Virus record (IMG/VR): IMGVR_UViG_3300026081_000002
DNA from: an uncultured virus (IMG/VR IMGVR_UViG_3300026081_000002)
Lineage: Duplodnaviria > Heunggongvirae > Uroviricota > Caudoviricetes
DNA length: 64,000 bases
Reading direction: 5' to 3' (one strand)
Shown: positions 47,817 to 58,650 of the stretch, one piece after another
Numbering within the stretch: position 1 is the first letter of the stretch
How the letters are laid out: each line of letters starts with the position of its first letter
Position numbers and translations under genes: made by a program
Notes under the pieces: model-generated
What the model was told of the DNA's origin: nothing
The model's input: only the letters and a program-made list of their open reading frames with translations
Databases searched by the model: none

Positions 47817-49651
47817 TGGCAACTAATATAACATCAACTCAATTAGACTTTGATAATATAAAAAATCGATTGAAAACTTTCCTTGCTGCAAAAACAGAGT
47901 TTGCTGATTATGACTTTGAAGGATCTGGACTGTCAAATATTCTTGATGTATTATCGTACAACACTCACTTCAATGGTCTTATAGCTAACATGGCTCTAAA
48001 TGAATCTTTCTTACATACTGCTCAATTAAGGTCATCTCTTATTACTCATGCAGAAGCTCTTGGTTATAATATTAGATCTAAAGCTTCCTCTCAGGTTTCT
48101 TTTACTGCTTCGGTTAATTTGTCAACTATTTCTCCTAGAGCAACGTCATACAGTCTTCCAATAAATTCTACTATAATTTCAACTAATGAAGAAGGAACTT
48201 TTAATTTTAGAACTAGAGAACTTTATACTGCAACAGACGATGGTGCAGGTAACTATGTGTTTACCGATATAAATGGCAGCACAATATTAAATGCGTTTGA
48301 AGGAGAGATAATAACAAAAACTTTTTATGTCGGTCCTAAAACAGAAAGACGGGTTTATGTTGTGCCTGATGAAAATATAGACACAACTACTGCTATAGTA
48401 AAAGTATTTCCTTCAGCAAACTCAACAACTTTTCAAGAATATACTGACTTGAGTAAAGCTATAAAGGTTGATTCTAATTCGCAGTACTATACACTCAGAG
48501 AAGCTCCTAATGGTAAGTTCGAATTGAATTTTGGTGATGGTGTTACGTTTGGTAAAACTCCAGATTCAGGAAGTAAGATTGTAGTTGAATACTTAAGAAC
48601 AGAAGGAGCAAAAGGTAACGATTGTAAAACATTTACAACAAATGTTGAGATAGCAACTCGAGCAATTGCAATAGTTCCAACATCATCTTCTGGTGGAGGT
48701 GGTGATAAACAATCACTGGAATCTATAAGACAACTTGCTCCGTCTGCATTTGCCACTCAGCAGAGACTTGTTACTTCAGAAGATTATAGAGCAACCATAA
48801 CTGCTAATTTCCCTACAGTGAAAGACGTTTCAGTTTGGGGAGGAGAGGATAACATTCCTATTGACTATGGTAAAGTCTATATAAGTTTAGATTATAATCC
48901 AGGACTCAGTCAATCTGCAAAAAGTATTATTGAGAACAGAATAAAAACTGACTTTTCTGATAATCTTTCGGTCATGTCAATAACACCTCAGTTCATTGAT
49001 CCTGTAGTGTGCTATATTGAAATGGTAACTGAGTTTTATTATAACCCTGACTTGACAGGTAAGACTGGAGTTACTCTAGAAAACAACATAAGATCGATTA
49101 TTCAAACATATTTCACATCCGACATTAGTGGATTTGGAAAAACTTTTAGAAGATCGAACTTACTGACCGACATCGATGCCGTTGATTCTGCTATATTAAA
49201 TTCTAAGATGGATATTAAAATGCAGCTGAGACTTACACCTACTCTAAACATAGGTCAGAATTATAGTATAGTATATCCTGTAAAACTGGCTACACCTGAT
49301 GATGTATACTACAGGATAGAATCTAGTATGTTTGAATATACGGGTGCTTCAGGGAACTGTAAGATTGTAAATGTACTTGGATCTAACGTATTAAAAGTTG
49401 TTAACATAAGTAAAAATAATGAGACAGTAGTTGATAACGTAGGAAACTATAACAGCAAAACAGGAACTATAAGTCTAGACAACTTTAATCCTACTACAAT
49501 ATTGAGTGGTGTCAATTATATTAAATTTTCTGCTACACCCGATAATCAAGCTATACTGAAGTCTCTTCGAAACTTTACATTTGACTTTGATTCAGACAAG
49601 TTTGTTGTGTCTGCGCAAGTAGATAGAGAAAACGTGAGAGTATCATTATAA
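47816..49651 (+). CDS. gp6: Baseplate wedge subunit gp6
   Basis: LDFDNIK, DYDFEGSGL..LDVLSYNTH, FGDGV.FG, QQRLVTSEDY, WGGED...YGKVYI. Confidence 0.92.
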   Translation: MATNITSTQLDFDNIKNRLKTFLAAKTEFADYDFEGSGLSNILDVLSYNTHFNGLIANMALNESFLHTAQLRSSLITHAEALGYNIRSKASSQVSFTASVNLSTISPRATSYSLPINSTIISTNEEGTFNFRTRELYTATDDGAGNYVFTDINGSTILNAFEGEIITKTFYVGPKTERRVYVVPDENIDTTTAIVKVFPSANSTTFQEYTDLSKAIKVDSNSQYYTLREAPNGKFELNFGDGVTFGKTPDSGSKIVVEYLRTEGAKGNDCKTFTTNVEIATRAIAIVPTSSSGGGGDKQSLESIRQLAPSAFATQQRLVTSEDYRATITANFPTVKDVSVWGGEDNIPIDYGKVYISLDYNPGLSQSAKSIIENRIKTDFSDNLSVMSITPQFIDPVVCYIEMVTEFYYNPDLTGKTGVTLENNIRSIIQTYFTSDISGFGKTFRRSNLLTDIDAVDSAILNSKMDIKMQLRLTPTLNIGQNYSIVYPVKLATPDDVYYRIESSMFEYTGASGNCKIVNVLGSNVLKVVNISKNNETVVDNVGNYNSKTGTISLDNFNPTTILSGVNYIKFSATPDNQAILKSLRNFTFDFDSDKFVVSAQVDRENVRVSL

Positions 49652-50478
49652 TGAGAACGCCTATTGAAAAGTTACTTGACTATAGGAGTAATGTACAATT
49701 TTATGATAACTCGAAAGTACCTCCAAAAGAGGATATTGAACATATACTCAATACTGTACATGAGAGGATGCCTCACATAAACATGAGATGGCACTATAAT
49801 ATAGATGTGTTAGGTCCTGATCATATAGATGAAAAAAGAAAACTTGCTGTTTCTTCTGTCTGCGCCACGGATCCAGATTTTTGGAGAGGAGATGATGTAA
49901 CAGTAGAAGATTGGGAAAGAGCTGAGAAAGTTTATGATAAATGGAGAGATTATCAGACTAGTCCAGAGAAGTGGAACAAAGATCATTGGGAATATGATCA
50001 TGAATATGACATGGTATCACCAGGAGATGGAATAGAAGACAATACAGAATTCTTAGGGTTTAACGAACAGGTGACAGCACCTTGGGTTCTAATGTACACA
50101 CCGGCTCTAACGACTCTTCATCCAAGCATAAAGGAGAAAGCTAAAGAAGAGTTACAGTACGGTGGTTGGAATGAGAGTGTACACAAAGGTGAAATTGAAT
50201 GGGAAAATCTGATGTGTCAACTTGGTCAACACAGTACTTTAGTAATGTTGCTTGCTCTGGAAAAAGGTTACGATGTTTCTTATACTAGGTGTTTAATTTT
50301 TACAGATGACTTGTTTGATGATACGAGACAATGGTTAGATCATCGAAAGCCTAGATTTGCACTATCTATTGGGTACCCAATGTTACCGAGAAGATCTCAT
50401 TCAACAAACACTAACTTGCCGCCGTGGCCTAATAGAGGAATACCTCGACCGGATATAGAAGACATAGTAAAATGGTAG
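49651..50478 (+). CDS. Nitroreductase-like protein
   Basis: RSNVQFY...PPKEDIEHIL, APWVL, LALEKGYDVSY, LSIGY. Confidence 0.55.
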   Translation: MRTPIEKLLDYRSNVQFYDNSKVPPKEDIEHILNTVHERMPHINMRWHYNIDVLGPDHIDEKRKLAVSSVCATDPDFWRGDDVTVEDWERAEKVYDKWRDYQTSPEKWNKDHWEYDHEYDMVSPGDGIEDNTEFLGFNEQVTAPWVLMYTPALTTLHPSIKEKAKEELQYGGWNESVHKGEIEWENLMCQLGQHSTLVMLLALEKGYDVSYTRCLIFTDDLFDDTRQWLDHRKPRFALSIGYPMLPRRSHSTNTNLPPWPNRGIPRPDIEDIVKW

Positions 50479-51620
50479 AAAAAACAACAAAAGATTTTAA
50501 TAGATTAGACATAGGATTTCAAAAAGGAATCGTAAAAGATGTTCTACCTTCATACTTTACGACGGACTATCCTAATCTTATTTCTTTTCTAGAATCTTAT
50601 TATGAGTTTATGGATAGTGATGGAGAGTTTGGTCAACTGGTCAATGATCTATATACAGTAAGAGATATAGAAGATGCTTCACTCAGTCACTTAGACAACA
50701 TGTTTAAAGAATTTGCGCTAGGGATGTCGCAAGACTTCTTTACAAATCCTAGAGAAATACTTAAAAACTTTGCAAGGTTCTTTAGAGTAAAAGGATCTAA
50801 GTATTCAGCGGAAGGATTTTTCAGAGGATTCTTTGGTGAAGATGCTGAAGTCCATTATCCAAAACAAGATATTTTTATGGTTGGCGATTCCGCATCTCAA
50901 CTTGGATCTGATAACGTACATGTTCTTCAAGACGGAGGAATATATCAGATCTTATCGATAATGATTAAGTCACCGATAGCATTTGGTAAATGGGGTGAAC
51001 TCTATAAAAAGTTTGTCCATCCAGCAGGATTCTTTTTATCAAACGAAGTACAAATAGTTACTCAAAAATTTGAGAATTTTGCTGGCGGAATAGCAATATT
51101 TGATTCTCATCCTTATCCAAATGACGTATACTACCCCCCAGAGTATCCGCGACTGGTGTTTGATGACACTATAGGTATTGTTACAACATCGTTTGCGGAT
51201 ACAACTTTACTTCAAAGGATGGGAAGAACTGCTTATATTAGAGATTCTGCTCAAGGTACAGAAGTTAATTATCCTCTCATATCTGATTCAGATCCAACAC
51301 ACTTGAGAAACTACGAATTCGGATTAAAAGATTCTACAACGTACTACACAGATTATAATCCAGGAAATAATCCAGTCTTTATAAGAAGATTAAATCCAGA
51401 CGTTGTGATAAGACCGTACTCAGACCCCGCGAGAGCCGCCCTTATCACAGAAATAGATAATAGATACTCAAGTATATTTGAATGGACAATGGCAGGATCT
51501 CAGTATTTTGATAGATCTGATTCTACCGGTTATAGTTCAGGACCAAGATTTAGCAACACAGATGAAACTATGGATGAAGATATATATGATTCTGGAAATA
51601 GTTACGTACAAATAGTATAA
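50472..51620 (+). CDS. Baseplate wedge subunit (gp7-like)
   Basis: LPSYF..DYP.LI.FLESYYEFMD, KGS..S...FFR, VHPAG. Confidence 0.7.
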   Translation: MVEKTTKDFNRLDIGFQKGIVKDVLPSYFTTDYPNLISFLESYYEFMDSDGEFGQLVNDLYTVRDIEDASLSHLDNMFKEFALGMSQDFFTNPREILKNFARFFRVKGSKYSAEGFFRGFFGEDAEVHYPKQDIFMVGDSASQLGSDNVHVLQDGGIYQILSIMIKSPIAFGKWGELYKKFVHPAGFFLSNEVQIVTQKFENFAGGIAIFDSHPYPNDVYYPPEYPRLVFDDTIGIVTTSFADTTLLQRMGRTAYIRDSAQGTEVNYPLISDSDPTHLRNYEFGLKDSTTYYTDYNPGNNPVFIRRLNPDVVIRPYSDPARAALITEIDNRYSSIFEWTMAGSQYFDRSDSTGYSSGPRFSNTDETMDEDIYDSGNSYVQIV

Positions 51621-51623
51621 ATA
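51616..51623 (+). promoter_or_regulatory. T4-type late promoter
   Basis: TATAAATA upstream of gp8. Confidence 0.7.
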
Positions 51624-51651
51624 TAGATAAACAAGTTACAGGAAAGAGAAA

Positions 51652-53034
51652 ATGGCAGCTATAGTAACTGATAGATTAAAACTCAAGATAGTTGATAGTA
51701 TTGTTACTGCATTTAAAGATGCTAGCATTCCACACTACGTTGGTCTAGGAAGATCAGAATATTGGAACGCACTTGATACTGTCGTAACTCCCGTCAATAC
51801 GGCAAAAGAAGAAAGAGATTTTATGGCAGGACTTCAGTCTATAAAGAGGCTGACTGGAGTATCACATGTCATTAAGAGAGTTAACTGGGTAAAAGGTACA
51901 ATATATCACCAGTGGGATGACACTAAGACTTCATACACTAATGACTTCTATGTACTGAACGATAACTTTCACGTTTACATATGTTTAAGAACAGGTAGGA
52001 ATGCACTAGGAAATGAAGTTCCTTCACTGATTCAACCTACAAATTCTAATAATGATCCTTTCCAAACGTCTGATGGATATGTATGGAAGTTTTTATACAC
52101 TATAAGTGAACTTGAAGCAAGACAATTTATGACAGCTGCGTGGATGCCAACTCGAGTCATTACTGCTACCGACTCAAACTCTTCTGGTGTAGAAATAAAA
52201 CAAAAAGAGATTCAAGATACCGCACAACCTAGAAGAATAACTTCAATAGTTCTAGTCAATAAAGGAACAGGATATAATTCTGCTCCATCAGTAAGTGTGG
52301 TTGGAGTCGATGCAAGAGGAAACTCATTAGATTCTGCACAACTTGGATTAACATCGACTATTGATAGCCAAGGTAGAATTGCAAAGATAGAATTTAATAC
52401 TGATTCAAGTACTCTTGACTATGGTCTAAATGAATATGCAAATGCTACTATTACGATTGGCGCGCCTGATAGTGCAGGTGGAGTGCAAGCAACAGCGAGA
52501 GCAGTGATAAGTCCAAGAGCAGGATTTGGTGCTAATGCTATGCATGATCTTCAAACATCTGGTTTTGCTTTACATTGTAAAATAGATGGTGCTGATGATG
52601 ATTTTATTTTAGGAAACGATTTTAGACAGATTGGGGTTATTCAACGACCTAAGAAAATGCAGGCTGCAGATTCTGATTTTATAGGAAACACTGGACTAGT
52701 TCTAAAACACTTAAAAACTAATATGCCACCGAACAATGTATTTAGTGTTGATAAACTTATAGTAGGTGCATCATCAGGTGCAAAAGCATATGTAGATAAA
52801 GTCGACTCAGATAAAATATATTATCACCAAACAGACGTAACTGGTTTCACACTTTTTCAAGATGGAGAAGTTCTAACAGAAAGTAATGGAACTGGAAATG
52901 GTACTATCGATAGTGCTAGAATTGATGGAGAAGTTCTTCCTTATTCTGGAGATCTATTATATTTAAACAACAGAGGAGCAATAGAACGCTCCACAAATCA
53001 ATCCGAAGATATAAAAATAATTCTTCAGTTGTAG
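51652..53034 (+). CDS. gp8: Baseplate wedge subunit gp8
   Basis: YVGLGR, FYVLN..FHVYICL, DGYVWKFLYTI, DFRQIG, SGDLLYLNNR..I.R...Q.EDIKIIL. Confidence 0.88.
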   Translation: MAAIVTDRLKLKIVDSIVTAFKDASIPHYVGLGRSEYWNALDTVVTPVNTAKEERDFMAGLQSIKRLTGVSHVIKRVNWVKGTIYHQWDDTKTSYTNDFYVLNDNFHVYICLRTGRNALGNEVPSLIQPTNSNNDPFQTSDGYVWKFLYTISELEARQFMTAAWMPTRVITATDSNSSGVEIKQKEIQDTAQPRRITSIVLVNKGTGYNSAPSVSVVGVDARGNSLDSAQLGLTSTIDSQGRIAKIEFNTDSSTLDYGLNEYANATITIGAPDSAGGVQATARAVISPRAGFGANAMHDLQTSGFALHCKIDGADDDFILGNDFRQIGVIQRPKKMQAADSDFIGNTGLVLKHLKTNMPPNNVFSVDKLIVGASSGAKAYVDKVDSDKIYYHQTDVTGFTLFQDGEVLTESNGTGNGTIDSARIDGEVLPYSGDLLYLNNRGAIERSTNQSEDIKIILQL

Positions 53035-53045
53035 AGAGTGATTAA

Positions 53046-56000
53046 ATGGCTATAAGTTACACAGAAAATATTTTTAAAACACGCTACAAAGACGACTATG
53101 CTGATAGTGATGGGTATCATAGAATACTATTCAATCCTAGAAGAGCATTACAGGCACGTGAACTTACACAAATGCAAACAATCATTCAACGAGAAGTTGA
53201 AAGATTCGGAAAAAATATATTCAAGGAAGGTGCTTCTGTAAGTTCAAGTGGAATGATTATTAATTCCAACTATGAATTCGTAAAGATCCAAGGGTCATTT
53301 CCTAACGGAACAATTATAGGTGAAACCTTTACACACAGCTCAGGTGTTCAGATAAGAGTACTGGAAACTGTAGCGGCGAGTGGTGCTGATCCTAATACTC
53401 TATATGTAAGATACACTAACAGCATAGGTGGAACTTCTGGAACTACACCAATAAGACTGCCTGCTGGAGAGCAGATAGCTGCTGATAATTCAGACGCTAC
53501 TATGACAGTTCAGTCTATTAACACATCTGCAAATCCTGCCGTTGGAGCTGGAGTGAGAGTTAGTACAGGTGCGGGTGATTTCTTTGTTCAAGGATTTTTT
53601 GTCTATGCTCCTGCTCAAAATTTAATTATATCAAAATATAGTAGAGATCACACGACTACTATAGGATTTAAAGTTTTACAAGAGATTGTAACAGTTGATG
53701 ATGATAATGATCTTTATGACAATCAAGGAGTTCTTCCTAATACAACAGCACCTGGTGCCGATAGATTTAGAATAAAACTCGTATTGTCTACTCAAGATTC
53801 GGTTGTAGCTGGAGATACATTTGTTCCTATTGGAAAGATACAAAACTCTAGAATTATTGAAATTGCAAATGGTCAAACTCAATATAATAAAATAAATGAC
53901 ATTCTTGCACAAAGAACAAAAGAAGAATCTGGTAACTATATTATCAAACCGTTCTCAATATCATACGATTCCGCAGATGCTAATAACTTACAGCTTACTG
54001 TAAGCGAAGGCGCGGCGTATATTAATGGATATAGAGCTAACAATCCAATACCTACGTTTATCACAGTTCCTAGAGCAACAGACACTGTATCTTTCAACAA
54101 TCAAGCAATTGGTGTTGAGTATGGAAACTATGTAGTAGCATCTTCTGTAAAAGGTGCAGCAGATATTAATAGCTTAACAAAAGTGAACATATCAACTTCC
54201 GCCACAAACAGTGGAGGAACAATAGGAACATGTAGAGTAAGAAGTGTTGAGTATGTTGCTTCTTCTAGTGATTATAGAATTTATATTTTTGATGTTCAAA
54301 TGAGTGGTTCAAATAAGTTTAGAGATGCTAGAAGTATAGGAACAGGAACTACAAATCACGCAGTTCTTAAAACAAAAACTAATACTAACGGTGCAGTTGT
54401 CACAGAAATACTAGAAGCAAACAAAGAAGGTTTATTCTTTTCTCTTCCAAGTATCAGACCTAAAGAGATTGATGATATTACAGTAGTAGTTCAGAGAAAA
54501 ATTACTGGCACTTCAACTTCATCTGGTCAACTTCAGGTTAACTTATCAGCAGTAAATGAAAAATGGTCTAACACTACGAGCTGGCTAGTGTTCAGCGATT
54601 CAGACGGAAGTGTAGTTACACCTACAGGTACAATATCAGGAACTGGTACAGATCAAGCTACAGTGGAGTGTGGATCGGCATTTGCCAATAAGTCTATCTC
54701 TATCATAGCTTATGTTTCAAAAACAAATGCAACAGTAAAATCAAAATCAATCACCAATCGATCAATCACAAACGGACAACTTGTAAGTGATTCAGATGGA
54801 TTTGGTAACAGCTTTAAGTTCTTAGACTTAGATGCAACCGACATAATTGAAGTTAATAGTGTAAAATTAAACAATGCTGCAACAACAGATGTGGCTCACT
54901 ACTTTGACCTAGACAATGGTCAGAGAGATGCTTTTTATGATCAAGGAAGACTTATACTAAAATCGAATTTCACCGACCCAACAGCAGGAAGTGATAGATT
55001 AAACGTATCACTCAAGCACTACACTCACTCAACCACTGGTGATTTCTTTTCCATCAACTCATATTCCTCAACCAACTATTCACAAATTCCAACTCATACA
55101 GCAGAAAATGGATTTGAAATCAATTTACGTGATGTTCTAGACTTCAGGCCAGTAAAGGATCAATCAGGAGAATTTACTGGTGCTGGAGGTAGACTCATTG
55201 GTCTTCCTAAAAATACTGATACTGTTACACTTGATGCTACATATTATCAACCAAGAAATGACAAGATTGTAATAAGCGAAACAGCTAACTTAAAAGTTAT
55301 AACAGGAACTTCTTCTCTTACTCCTAGGTTTCCAGATACTCCTGCAAACTCTCTTGAACTATACAGAACCAAAATGGGTGCGAATACATTAAGTGGTGCT
55401 GATGTAGTTTATGATATGGTAGAAGCCAAAGGTTATACTATGAATGAGATTGGCAAGATTGAAAAGAGAGTTGAAAAATTAGAAGAACTTACAAACCTGA
55501 GTTTACTTGAACTTGACACTAATAAATTTTCCGTATTAGATTCTAACGGCAATGAAAGAATTAAGTCTGGTTTTATTGTTGATAACTTCATTGATCACTT
55601 TTACTCTGCTGTAGATAATATACAGTTTGCTTCATCAGTAGATCCTAAAGATCACACACTTCACCCATCTTTTGTTGAAAACAATATAGGTTTACTATAT
55701 GACTCTTCATTAAGTTCTGGAATGTTAAGAAAAGGTGATAACGTATACTTAAACTATTCAGATTCGAATTACATTTCACAAATGGAAACATCTAGGACTT
55801 TAGATGTTAACTCATTTGATACATTTCAATTCAACGGTAATATATCTTTATCCCCGGCTTCAGATGAATTCAGAGATATTGAAAAAACAGGTCAGAAATC
55901 TATTATCGGAGGACAAAAATTATCTTTTAAGCAGGACACTCTCTGGAAAAATTGGGAGTGGAACTGGTTAGGAACTGATGCAAATGGAAATGACATTGCT

Positions 56001-58190
56001 CAAGAAGAAGATATTTCAGAAAGATATGTCCAGCCAGACACAAGATCTTTTAGTGATAGAACTGGCGCGTACTTAACAAAAGGAATGGAAACTGTAGAAA
56101 GGACTGTTGTCAATAGAGTAGTTTCTTCAGAAACAATTAGAAAGATTGTAGATGATAGAATAGTAGACATTGCTATTATTCCTTTTATGAGATCTAGAAT
56201 TATTCACTTTGATGCAGTTGGACTCAGACCAAACACAAAGGTGTTTCCATACTTTGATGGTGTTGATGTTTCTGCATGGTGTAGAGAAGATAACGTTAAA
56301 TATTACGGAGAAGGTTTGGATAGCGATTACTCAAATCTTCAGAGTTATGCTACAACACATCCAGCAGGAAGTACAAATCTTATAACAGATGCCGAAGGTA
56401 AAGTATCTGGTACTTTCTTTATTCCTAACACATCAGCTTTATCATTTAGAACTGGAGTCAGAGAGTTTAAACTTCTTGATATTACTACATCAGCTGAAGC
56501 AAACGCTTCTACTAAAGCAGCTGCTCTCTATAACGCAAGCGGTGTAATAGAAAAGAATCACAATGGAATAGTTTCAACAAGACACATTACTATAAACGGC
56601 AGCGACAAGAACATACTAGCAGATAGAGTAATTGGTTCCACTGACACTAGAGGAAGAATAGATCCTCTCGCTCAATCATTCTTTATTGAAAACGAGCAGG
56701 GAGTGTTTGTAAATTCTGTAGATTTATTTTTTAAAGATAAAGATCCTGACCTTCCGATCTGGATTCAGGTAGTTCCAATTGTCAATGGATCTCCATCAAG
56801 AGAAGTTATTGTACCGGGATCAGTTAAATATCTTTCATCTAGTTCGGTTAATCTTTCAACAACAGGAGTGACACAGACTAGATTTGAATTTAATGAACCT
56901 ATTTATTTGAAGGGTTTTACTGAATACGCTTTAACTATTCAGTCAGACAGTAAAAAATACAAGATATGGGCTGGAAAAACTGGAGATATAAAGATAGGAT
57001 CTCAACAGGAGAGAGTTACTAAACAAACAACAGTCGGTCCTTTATACACTCCACAAAATTCATTCAAGTGGGAAGCTCAAAATGATATAGATCTTAAGTT
57101 TAAGATTAATAGATGTAAGTTTACTACTGGTAATAACTACTACGCGACACTTAAATCCAGATCTATTCCTAAAAGACTCCTACCTGCAAACCCGTTCTCT
57201 GTAGCTAATGGTACAAATGTAGTTAACGTAACACATCCTAATCACGGAATGGTGAAAAACGATATGGTTCATATTTCAGGAGCTACAGCTTTTGCTGGAG
57301 TTACAATAGACGGAACATATAAAATTGCTACAGATCCAGACGGAGATACTTATGCAATTGCTTCTGCAACAAACGCTACCGAAACGGCAATAGGTGGTGG
57401 GATAAACGTAGCTGCTGAAACAAACTATCAGTATGATATAATAAATCCTTTTATTGAAGTTCTCCTTCCGGACGGATGTACTGCTACAGCTACAGCAAAT
57501 CAAATATCAGGTAAATCTCTTGCTGGTGCAGAAACACCTTATGTTGTTCAATCGAGTCCTGAGTTTAGAGATATTGTACTTAAACAAGATAACTATCTTC
57601 TAAGTCCTAATTTAATTCCTGGAGCCAGAAACTCTTCCGGAGTGAAGCGTAGTGAAAGAGCTAACATATTAATAACCACAGGATCTAGTAATGACTTCGT
57701 GTCTCCTGTGATTGATTTGCAAAGAGCATCACTGTTTCTTTTTGGTAATAGGATTGATAGACAGGTTTCTACTACTCCTACTGCAGGATTTAACAAACCT
57801 ATAAATTACGTGTCAGAAACAGATAAGTCTTCAGGATCTCACTTATCGAAGCACGTTACTAAACCTATACCTCTTGTAGTTGATGCAGTAGGATTAAAAG
57901 TATTACTAAGTGCAAATAGACCTCCTGAATCAGAATTTGAATTATACTATAAAACAGTATCTGAAGATCAGACTCTCGCAACAATGGCATGGAAACTTGC
58001 AGCAGTAGAGAATCCTGTCGCTGCAGATGAAAATAGAGATGCATTCAGAGAGTATAGATATTTAATAGGTGGACAGAACGGAACTATGACACCGTTCACA
58101 GCATTTCAACTAAAGATCGTGTTTAGATCTTATAATTCAAGCAAAGTTCCTGTCATTAAGGACTTACGCGCAATCGCATTAGGTGTTTAG
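53046..58190 (+). CDS. Large virion structural protein (DUF4815-like)
   Basis: YKDDY...YHRILFNP.RALQARELTQMQ, APGADR, RT.EESGNY, GFIVDNF, DPLAQSF, DLRAIAL. Confidence 0.8.
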   Translation: MAISYTENIFKTRYKDDYADSDGYHRILFNPRRALQARELTQMQTIIQREVERFGKNIFKEGASVSSSGMIINSNYEFVKIQGSFPNGTIIGETFTHSSGVQIRVLETVAASGADPNTLYVRYTNSIGGTSGTTPIRLPAGEQIAADNSDATMTVQSINTSANPAVGAGVRVSTGAGDFFVQGFFVYAPAQNLIISKYSRDHTTTIGFKVLQEIVTVDDDNDLYDNQGVLPNTTAPGADRFRIKLVLSTQDSVVAGDTFVPIGKIQNSRIIEIANGQTQYNKINDILAQRTKEESGNYIIKPFSISYDSADANNLQLTVSEGAAYINGYRANNPIPTFITVPRATDTVSFNNQAIGVEYGNYVVASSVKGAADINSLTKVNISTSATNSGGTIGTCRVRSVEYVASSSDYRIYIFDVQMSGSNKFRDARSIGTGTTNHAVLKTKTNTNGAVVTEILEANKEGLFFSLPSIRPKEIDDITVVVQRKITGTSTSSGQLQVNLSAVNEKWSNTTSWLVFSDSDGSVVTPTGTISGTGTDQATVECGSAFANKSISIIAYVSKTNATVKSKSITNRSITNGQLVSDSDGFGNSFKFLDLDATDIIEVNSVKLNNAATTDVAHYFDLDNGQRDAFYDQGRLILKSNFTDPTAGSDRLNVSLKHYTHSTTGDFFSINSYSSTNYSQIPTHTAENGFEINLRDVLDFRPVKDQSGEFTGAGGRLIGLPKNTDTVTLDATYYQPRNDKIVISETANLKVITGTSSLTPRFPDTPANSLELYRTKMGANTLSGADVVYDMVEAKGYTMNEIGKIEKRVEKLEELTNLSLLELDTNKFSVLDSNGNERIKSGFIVDNFIDHFYSAVDNIQFASSVDPKDHTLHPSFVENNIGLLYDSSLSSGMLRKGDNVYLNYSDSNYISQMETSRTLDVNSFDTFQFNGNISLSPASDEFRDIEKTGQKSIIGGQKLSFKQDTLWKNWEWNWLGTDANGNDIAQEEDISERYVQPDTRSFSDRTGAYLTKGMETVERTVVNRVVSSETIRKIVDDRIVDIAIIPFMRSRIIHFDAVGLRPNTKVFPYFDGVDVSAWCREDNVKYYGEGLDSDYSNLQSYATTHPAGSTNLITDAEGKVSGTFFIPNTSALSFRTGVREFKLLDITTSAEANASTKAAALYNASGVIEKNHNGIVSTRHITINGSDKNILADRVIGSTDTRGRIDPLAQSFFIENEQGVFVNSVDLFFKDKDPDLPIWIQVVPIVNGSPSREVIVPGSVKYLSSSSVNLSTTGVTQTRFEFNEPIYLKGFTEYALTIQSDSKKYKIWAGKTGDIKIGSQQERVTKQTTVGPLYTPQNSFKWEAQNDIDLKFKINRCKFTTGNNYYATLKSRSIPKRLLPANPFSVANGTNVVNVTHPNHGMVKNDMVHISGATAFAGVTIDGTYKIATDPDGDTYAIASATNATETAIGGGINVAAETNYQYDIINPFIEVLLPDGCTATATANQISGKSLAGAETPYVVQSSPEFRDIVLKQDNYLLSPNLIPGARNSSGVKRSERANILITTGSSNDFVSPVIDLQRASLFLFGNRIDRQVSTTPTAGFNKPINYVSETDKSSGSHLSKHVTKPIPLVVDAVGLKVLLSANRPPESEFELYYKTVSEDQTLATMAWKLAAVENPVAADENRDAFREYRYLIGGQNGTMTPFTAFQLKIVFRSYNSSKVPVIKDLRAIALGV

Positions 58191-58412
58191 ATGAAACTAG
58201 TTAGAATAAACGGACAGAAAGATTTGGCTAAAGATGAAGAGACAGGTGCCGTCTTAAATACAGACGTTGAACAGGTTGAACAGGCCAGAGAAATAAAGGA
58301 AAAAAGAAAAGAAAAAGAAGACGAGTTTACACGACTGCAGGAAGATGTGAGTGAACTCAAGATGATGATGAAACAACTATTAGAAAAAATGAGTAAGGAA
58401 GAAGATGGCTAG
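58191..58412 (+). CDS. Conserved small coiled-coil protein
   Basis: LAKDEETGAVLN...ELKMMMKQLL. Confidence 0.65.
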   Translation: MKLVRINGQKDLAKDEETGAVLNTDVEQVEQAREIKEKRKEKEDEFTRLQEDVSELKMMMKQLLEKMSKEEDG

Positions 58413-58647
58413 AAAAACTTATGTTGATCTAAGCGATACCATTGAAGCTTGGCGAGTAAAAACAAATTTAATTTCTTCAAATGTAGGAGACTTAGACAGT
58501 TTAGCAACTGCTCTTCCTGACTCAGATCTCGTACACGCAATCAACTATGTTTACAACGAAAACATCAGAGATATTAAGTTTGATATTCTTAAGTCTGATG
58601 GATCACTTGTAAAAAGGGTATTCGGTTATACTGACTCAGGAGTATAG
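58405..58647 (+). CDS. Small virion/fibre-associated protein
   Basis: V..SDTIEAWRVKTN...GDL..L...DLV.AIN. Confidence 0.6.
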   Translation: MARKTYVDLSDTIEAWRVKTNLISSNVGDLDSLATALPDSDLVHAINYVYNENIRDIKFDILKSDGSLVKRVFGYTDSGV

Positions 58648-58650
58648 CAC

